The notes beneath the pieces were generated by a model. The model made no database searches, had not been told where the DNA came from, and worked only from the letters and a program-made list of their open reading frames with translations. DNA of 64,000 bases from Candidatus Omnitrophota bacterium (GTDB lineage: Bacteria; Omnitrophota; Omnitrophia; Omnitrophales; Aquincolibacteriaceae), in assembly GCA_049324575.1 (NCBI GenBank), contig JBMONI010000024.1, forward strand, positions 53,144-117,143, read 5' to 3'. Below, in pieces: positions 58,901 through 64,000 of the stretch. Positions within the stretch are counted from its first letter, which is position 1. Each line of letters opens with the position of its first letter. Made by a program: the position numbers and the translations under genes.

Positions 58901-59954
58901 TCAGCACGTTCGTCGCTTTCACGTCAAAACCGCCGTCCCAATTGTCATAGGACTTGACGTTCCGGACCGTGATCCGGTTGCCGAATTCCAAAATGAACCC
59001 GTCGCCGTTGCGGTATCTCGTCTCAAATCCCGAGTAAACGTCTTTCGATCCGCTCACGTCGATATTCTCATAGAGAATGTCGGTCGGAGTGACCCCGGTG
59101 GTCGCTTCCGTGCGGAAACCGTTACGGCTATTGGTCACGACGGCATTGCGGACCGTCACGTGATCGCCGCCGTTGATCAGGACCGCAAAATGGTTACGGT
59201 CGGCCCGGAGCCCGTCGATCTCGATATAAGAACTGTTCGGACCGACGGTCACGGCCGCCCGCAGATTATTCACTGTCAAATTATTGAAATGGATGTAATC
59301 TTGGCCGTTGGTATTGAAAGCCGGGTTGTAATTAGCGGCGACCGTATATCCACTGATCGTCGTTGTGGTCGTGCCTTCGATCACCACGTTGCCCAGACCC
59401 TGAATCGTGATCGGAGCATCCGCGGTCCCCGAGGTTGAAAACACCGCCCCGCTTCCCGGCTGCTGGTAAGTTCCCTCCATGATATAGAGAGTATCTCCGG
59501 CCTGAAGCTGCGAGACCGCGTAGGAGATGCTTCCATAAGGATCCGCCTCGGATCCATCTCCTTGATCACTGCCGGTTGCCGATAGATAGAACGACCGCCC
59601 TTGCGTCGTCAAGGCGGCGGTCGGCGCGCTGAGCGGCCCGGCCATGAAGAAGTCTTCAGTCGGGGCAGGCTCCGTTTGCGCGCTTGTTTCGGAAACTGTC
59701 TCTTGAAGCGGCTCGTCCAAGGCAACCGTCGGCGTTTGAGGATTAATCAGCTCATCCGCGGTCGGAGGCGGGACTTCGGCCCGCACATAGTCGGCCAACG
59801 TCACTTGACCCAGAAAAAGAGCCGCGACGGCTGTTGAAAGGATCTTCCGTGACTGGCTCAGGACCTTTTTCCGGATCTTGTTTTTCCCGCGGAGGGATTC
59901 CTTGCTCTCTTTTTCACGAAGCTCGTCTTGCTCTGCAATGATGGTGAATGTCAT
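55965..59954 (-). CDS. Secreted right-handed beta-helix protein with FN3 and Ig-like repeats (polysaccharide lyase/adhesin-like)
   Basis: AAGGAG RBS; YLSATGSDQGDGSEADPY..LQAGDTLYIMEGTY; NGDGF, NWDGGFDVK; DFHLQSGSPAIDAG..DIGAYE; 4 FN3 and 4 Ig-like modules. Confidence 0.88.
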   Translation of the reverse strand: MTFTIIAEQDELREKESKESLRGKNKIRKKVLSQSRKILSTAVAALFLGQVTLADYVRAEVPPPTADELINPQTPTVALDEPLQETVSETSAQTEPAPTEDFFMAGPLSAPTAALTTQGRSFYLSATGSDQGDGSEADPYGSISYAVSQLQAGDTLYIMEGTYQQPGSGAVFSTSGTADAPITIQGLGNVVIEGTTTTTISGYTVAANYNPAFNTNGQDYIHFNNLTVNNLRAAVTVGPNSSYIEIDGLRADRNHFAVLINGGDHVTVRNAVVTNSRNGFRTEATTGVTPTDILYENIDVSGSKDVYSGFETRYRNGDGFILEFGNRITVRNVKSYDNWDGGFDVKATNVLMENVEVYGNKNNFKVWGSGIVVKDSLSHDAKVFVGDPVAGEGYGVNNRMGQITFINTTFANNETADIRIDNDGGASSTTLQNSIIVRNLASGALYVRDGGSMTESNNIWYDPNHPAGFTLSSTSQFVDPRLVDLSGRDFHLQSGSPAIDAGSMVYPLGTSDLDGHERVAGSSVDIGAYEFGSTGGVQPEFTGVQNGATVSGTVQIGPNLQIHTDLNRVVYLLNGVSSGDVDQSPFYWGGISGNGTSGLDTRTLENGDYTLNALCYGAAETHEMSVSFSVMNLPPDTEAPLISAVAVSNVTSNGATITWATHEPSDSQVEYRVQGDSDWLATSLQPSWVTNHSINLNGLIASTVYQFRVKSRDAAGNLATQATIATFTTANPAPTGDYVGVTEGATVSGVVNIGPNLYVHPDIRKAAYYLNGTQSGKVYASPYLWGGPSGDGTTGFDTRTLSDGNYTLAMGYTDSTGDHSMSVSFVVSNTASDTAAPVISAVTSADVTETGATIQWATDEASDSLVEYRVQGAADWSATVVDPALVTSHSMTLNGLVPGTVYEFRVKSKDAAGNQATQAAISTLTTLTPADTAAPVISAVTSADVTETGATIQWATDEASDSLVEYRVQGAADWSATVVDPALVTSHSMTLSGLVPGTVYEFRVKSKDAAGNQATQAAISTLTTADTTVPSTGDFVGVAEGAIVSGMVNIGPNLTLHPGIRKVAYYLNGTKSGKVYQAPFLWGGPSGDGTTGFDTRTLADGNYTLAMGYTDATGDHGVQISFTVKNAVVPAPDTTVPVISAVTSANVTETGATIQWTTDEASDSLVEYRVQGTANWSVTSVDPALVTNHSMTLSGLAPSTVYEFRVKSKDAAGNQAAQAAISTLTTASPPAASCTTAICGVTEGQTVSGTVMIQPNLTLNPGIRKVAYYLNGTKSGKVYTPPFTWGGPNGDGTSGFDTRTLTNGTYTLSMVYTDDTGDHAIPVVFTVSN
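56281..57459 (-). repeat. Intragenic FN3 module duplications (294-bp tandem unit plus a third near-identical copy)
   Basis: gtcagggtcgagatcgcggcctg recurs at 56281, 56887 and 57181, each followed by >250 bp of near-identical sequence. Confidence 0.92.
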
Positions 59955-60581
59955 TTTCAAATTCTCCTTTTTTGAATTTACAAAGCTCAAGGAGAACGAA
60001 ATGTCAGAGGCAAGTGCAGGAACGATAGAGGTGCGTAAGATATGTCTGAATGAAACCGTCAGAACCGCGAAACCTTCACCTGCTTGACAACCGCGTTCTT
60101 CCTGTCAAGAACTTCAGATTTGCGATCTCGAACGATTTGGCTGGATGAGCTCTCGAGGTCTATCCCTTTTGGGATCAAATCTTCCAAACTTTTGAAAAAG
60201 CTTTGTACGTATCAGAAGATATCCGTATCTTCCGTACAACGAAACCCTACACGAGGTCCGTAAAAATATCAAGGGTCTGGAAAAAAAATAATTTTATTAT
60301 CCTTGGATGAATTACCCTAACTTCTTTGTATATATTGCGTTATAAAAATAGAAAGAATATATGTTTTCTGTTCATTAATTATTAAAAACTAACTTTTTGG
60401 AACATAAGTCAGGTAGGCCCGAATAGATGTCGGTATTTTTTGTAAGGATTTTACGCTGGTATTTATCGGGGAAAATCAGAGTTCTTGGAAGGGCCTCGCA
60501 AACAGGGTGCTGGAATCCCCAGAGCGGAGAGGAAAAACCGGAAACAACGATCCGAAAACCGATCTCAGCCGTTCGGCGCTC

Positions 60582-61505
60582 TTATGAGAATCCCTTGGCG
60601 AGACGGCGCAAACGCGGACGGATCTCCCACATAAAATTATGGACGATCGGCTTTGGCAAATAGGTCAGCAGATGGTAATAAAGAGTTTTAAGCGAAAATT
60701 TCCCCAGAATCTTCCGGAGCCTTTGAATTTCATCGCGCGCGGCCCGAAGCTCTCCCTGCTTAAGAAAAAGCGAAAGTCTCCAGGTGTGATACTGCCGCAT
60801 CAGAAGGCCTTTGGAGCCGCCGTGCTCCAGGCATCCGGTATCTTTAAAGGAGGTGTAATTCGCATCATGGATCCGGTAATAAACCAAAAACCTGGGAAGC
60901 ATGATCAAAGAAACGCCGAAACGGATGAAGCGCTTCCACATCTCCGTATCTTCGGACAATTTCCGGTCCTCATCCGGATAGCCTCCGACCTGTTCCCATA
61001 CCCGCCTCGGAAAGCTTGTCGCCGAGTGATAAAGAAAATTCTCATACTGCATCATGCGTGTGATCGTAGACGCCGGCGGCAAACGGATATCCAAGACCGT
61101 ATTTCCTTTTCCGCTGATCACCGTGACCCAACAAGAAACAAAACAATAGCCGTGCGGCAGTGTTTCAATAAAACCCCGCAGTGTTTCCAGATAATCCCGG
61201 GCGAAAAGATCATCACAGTCCAACCGGACGATCCACTCGCCGCGAGACTCCCGGATCCCCCGGTTCAGACTTTTTGCGATCCCCAGATTTTCTTCATTGC
61301 GGACAGGGCGGATATTCGGATGGGCCGCCGCGTAACGAGCCAAGATCGTGGGGGTTTTATCCTGCGACATATCATCGACCACGACCAGCTCCCAATCCCG
61401 GAACGGCTGAGCGAGCACGCTATCGATGGCCGCTGAGAGAAAATTCTCGCCGTTATAAACGGGGATGACCACCGAAAAAAAAGGCCGGGATGGATCTGGA
61501 CTCAT
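60582..61505 (-). CDS. GT2 glycosyltransferase
   Basis: SVVIPVYNGE, VVDDMSQD, RLDCDD, SEDTEMW. Confidence 0.92.
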   Translation of the reverse strand: MSPDPSRPFFSVVIPVYNGENFLSAAIDSVLAQPFRDWELVVVDDMSQDKTPTILARYAAAHPNIRPVRNEENLGIAKSLNRGIRESRGEWIVRLDCDDLFARDYLETLRGFIETLPHGYCFVSCWVTVISGKGNTVLDIRLPPASTITRMMQYENFLYHSATSFPRRVWEQVGGYPDEDRKLSEDTEMWKRFIRFGVSLIMLPRFLVYYRIHDANYTSFKDTGCLEHGGSKGLLMRQYHTWRLSLFLKQGELRAARDEIQRLRKILGKFSLKTLYYHLLTYLPKPIVHNFMWEIRPRLRRLAKGFS

Positions 61506-62521
61506 GCGGCCACCACCCCTGCCTTCCTCCGGGAAAGCAGCCAATCGACAAAATGTTCGATCCCGGTCTCGAAATCCGTGACCGGGAAATAACCGAACAG
61601 ACGGCGCGCCTTGCTAATATCGGCGTACGTTCGCTCTACATCGCCCGGCTGATGCGGCAGGCGGCGGATGCGCGCTTTCTTGCCCAGAACCCGCTCCAGA
61701 CAATCGATCATCTCAGCCAACGAAACCATGCGGGATTCCCCGAGGTTCACGATCTCATAGACCGGCAGGGTCTGCTTTGCCTCGGTAAGCCAGCGCAATG
61801 CCCCCAGGATCCCGCTCACGCAATCATCGATATAAGTATAGTCTCGCCGGGATTCTCCGTCCCCGAAAACGGGGATCTCTTGTCCGTCCAGGATCAGCTT
61901 TGCAAATTTATGGATCGCAAGATCGGGACGCTGGCGGGGCCCATAGACCGTAAAGAACCGCAGGCAGGCGATCCGCATCGCAAAATGGTGGTAATAACTA
62001 TGGCACAGTAGTTCACCGGCTTTTTTCGTAGCCGCATAGGGCGAGATTGGATAATCGACACAATCGGTTTCGGCAAAAGGGACCTTCGGATTATTGCCGT
62101 AGACGGAGGACGAGGAGGCAAAAAGCAAGTGCCGGATCTTCATCGCCGCGCATGCCTCCAGCAGGACCTGGGTCCCCACGATATTGGCGTCGGTATAATA
62201 CAAAGGTTCCTGCAAGGAGGGGCGGACCCCCGCCATCGCGGCCAAATGGATCACGCCCAACGGCCGTTCGCGTTGGAGGAGGCCAAACAGCCCGGTTTTA
62301 TCCCGAATATCCCCCACAACACTGGTGAAATTCCCATGCGCATCCCGCTCCTTCACCGCCCGGATATTGTCTTCCTTGATCTTGCGATCATAAAAGGCAT
62401 TGAAATTGTCGTAGGAAACTACACGATATCCGTGCTGGAGCAATCGCCCACAGACATGGGATCCGATAAAACCCGCACCGCCTGTCACCAGGACACATCC
62501 GAGACCATTACGGCTTATCAT
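61502..62521 (-). CDS. NAD-dependent epimerase (UDP-glucuronate 4-epimerase-like)
   Basis: VTGGAGFIGSH, HLAAMAGVRPSL, ASSSSVYG, YAATKK, RFFTVYGPRQRPD. Confidence 0.92.
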   Translation of the reverse strand: MISRNGLGCVLVTGGAGFIGSHVCGRLLQHGYRVVSYDNFNAFYDRKIKEDNIRAVKERDAHGNFTSVVGDIRDKTGLFGLLQRERPLGVIHLAAMAGVRPSLQEPLYYTDANIVGTQVLLEACAAMKIRHLLFASSSSVYGNNPKVPFAETDCVDYPISPYAATKKAGELLCHSYYHHFAMRIACLRFFTVYGPRQRPDLAIHKFAKLILDGQEIPVFGDGESRRDYTYIDDCVSGILGALRWLTEAKQTLPVYEIVNLGESRMVSLAEMIDCLERVLGKKARIRRLPHQPGDVERTYADISKARRLFGYFPVTDFETGIEHFVDWLLSRRKAGVVAA

Positions 62522-62583
62522 TGAGGCCCCTCCTCTTTCCGCACAATCATCTTCCGCGGCACCCCATCATGATCTTGTTCGAA

Positions 62584-63618
62584 TCAGTGGCACCATTTTT
62601 CCGTTTTATACCGTTTGAGGACATCGACCATCGGCCGTCTCACGGGATAAGGCAAATACCCAAGCCATGCATAGATCCTTGCCGAATTGAACATAGGAAC
62701 ATCCATCCGCTTCATCGTTTCAAGAAGCGACTTCACATCCTTCCAAAGCTTGGGTTTGGAAGCTGATAACATATTCAGAAAACTGTGGTCAAAAATCCGC
62801 GAAAGATGCCTTTGCATATAATTCCAGCTTTTTTTCCTGGCGCGTTCCACCCAGGCCCTATCCTTGGGGTCCGTCGATTCCTCTTCAATCCGTTTTAAAA
62901 GATCCTTAATGACCTTTCTCACGCCAAGATTGGTTTGGATATCTTTCCCAAGTTCTGCACTATAGGTGGAGGTTTCAGAACCCGGATGCGTCCGGATACA
63001 GGCAAGACACCTCTTATCATAAAGGCTCAATCCCCTAGACCCCACCTTGGCCCAGGCAAGCAGATCGGAATGCCACGCTGAAGGAAAGGAAGAGATTCCC
63101 CCTTCTTCGATCAAGGTCCGGCGGTGGAACAGGATCCCTGAAATGCTCATTTTGAAGAATTGCCGTTCCTGGGAAAATAAGCTGCCCAAAAATTCCGCGG
63201 GACGCATGACCTCTTTGGCATCGGGATCCATCCGCACGAGTTTTCCCGCTTCATCAATGATCTTGAACCGGCAACGGATCAAAGTCGCCTGCGGATGCTC
63301 TTGCGCGCGCCGCAACAAAACAGGCAGATATTCCTTGTGCAGGATATCATCATCGCACAAGTAGACCATCCATTCCCCTTGAGCGGCATTGAGCAGCGTA
63401 TTGAACTTTTCGATCAACGGAGTCTCGGGGGGCAACCGGAGATAACGCACCTTGCCTTGTGTCAAGTAGGGCTCGACTTTTTTCATGACGCCCTCCCGAT
63501 CCGACGAATCCCCAATGAGGATTTCATAATCTTCAAAATCCTGACCGACCGCTCCGTCCAGGGCTTCTCCCAAAAATTTCGTCCGGTTTTTTGTCGGAAT
63601 CGCAATCGTCGCTTTCAT
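62584..63618 (-). CDS. GT2 glycosyltransferase
   Basis: TIAIPTKNR, YLCDDD. Confidence 0.88.
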   Translation of the reverse strand: MKATIAIPTKNRTKFLGEALDGAVGQDFEDYEILIGDSSDREGVMKKVEPYLTQGKVRYLRLPPETPLIEKFNTLLNAAQGEWMVYLCDDDILHKEYLPVLLRRAQEHPQATLIRCRFKIIDEAGKLVRMDPDAKEVMRPAEFLGSLFSQERQFFKMSISGILFHRRTLIEEGGISSFPSAWHSDLLAWAKVGSRGLSLYDKRCLACIRTHPGSETSTYSAELGKDIQTNLGVRKVIKDLLKRIEEESTDPKDRAWVERARKKSWNYMQRHLSRIFDHSFLNMLSASKPKLWKDVKSLLETMKRMDVPMFNSARIYAWLGYLPYPVRRPMVDVLKRYKTEKWCH

Positions 63619-63622
63619 GACA

Positions 63623-64000
63623 TCACCGGTATATCCGGACCGCTGGGATTGGAACCACGAATTTCCCGCCCCAAGTGCGGATCCATGACATTTGGCTCAT
63701 GATTTCCTGGCGAAGATTCCACGCCAGGATCAACAGAAAGTCCGGGCGTTTCGTTCGGATAAAATCCGGTGCAACGATCGGGATCCGGCTGCCCGGAAGA
63801 TAACGGCCCTGTTTGTAGGGGCTTACATCCGCGGTTGCCGGAAGCAACTCTCTTGTGATCTTGCAATAATTAAGAAGGGTGTTCCCTTTCGCGGGAGCCC
63901 CGTAGCCCAAAACGATTTTTTTGTCTTTCTTGGCGTTCCGCAAAAATGCGAGCAATCCCTGTCTGATTCCGGCTATGCGGGATGCGAACTGCTGATAGGT
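63623..64000 (-). CDS. NDP-sugar C-methyltransferase, 3' part (truncated by the window edge)
   Basis: GYGAPAKGNTLLNYC, KQGRYLPGSRIPI, PDFLLILAWN; frame open to the window end. Confidence 0.85.
   Translation of the reverse strand, partial: TYQQFASRIAGIRQGLLAFLRNAKKDKKIVLGYGAPAKGNTLLNYCKITRELLPATADVSPYKQGRYLPGSRIPIVAPDFIRTKRPDFLLILAWNLRQEIMSQMSWIRTWGGKFVVPIPAVRIYR

Overview
Bacterial chromosomal segment (GC-rich, diderm, most genes on the minus strand). I saw no CRISPR array, rRNA, integrase or transposase. In order: (1) an uncharacterised cell-envelope operon of an outer-membrane beta-barrel, an NTF2-like lipoprotein, a 1542-aa secreted protein carrying a paralogous copy of the same NTF2-like domain, and a further secreted protein cut by the window edge; (2) a P-type ATPase and typA; (3) a complete Pho locus (phoB-phoR, porin-pstSCAB-phoU) with two matching candidate Pho boxes; (4) cyclophilin, ABC-F, MacAB-TolC, cstA, a K+/H+ antiporter and tRNA-Glu; (5) a ~2885-aa signal-peptide-bearing giant protein in which an EreA/ChaN/TIKI-like N-terminal domain is followed by a PTS enzyme I-like cargo and a degenerate GlnD-like cargo, each delimited by a repeated R-[AS]-E-[LV]-R-S motif, suggesting a processed exported polyprotein; (6) a dense two-component/c-di-GMP cluster with an unannotated 42-aa Cys4 miniprotein; (7) a repeat-rich beta-helix surface protein and the end of a polysaccharide operon. 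Giant-gene architecture is reminiscent of Candidatus Omnitrophota, but this taxonomy is an unverified inference. All family assignments were made by eye from motifs; no searches were run.
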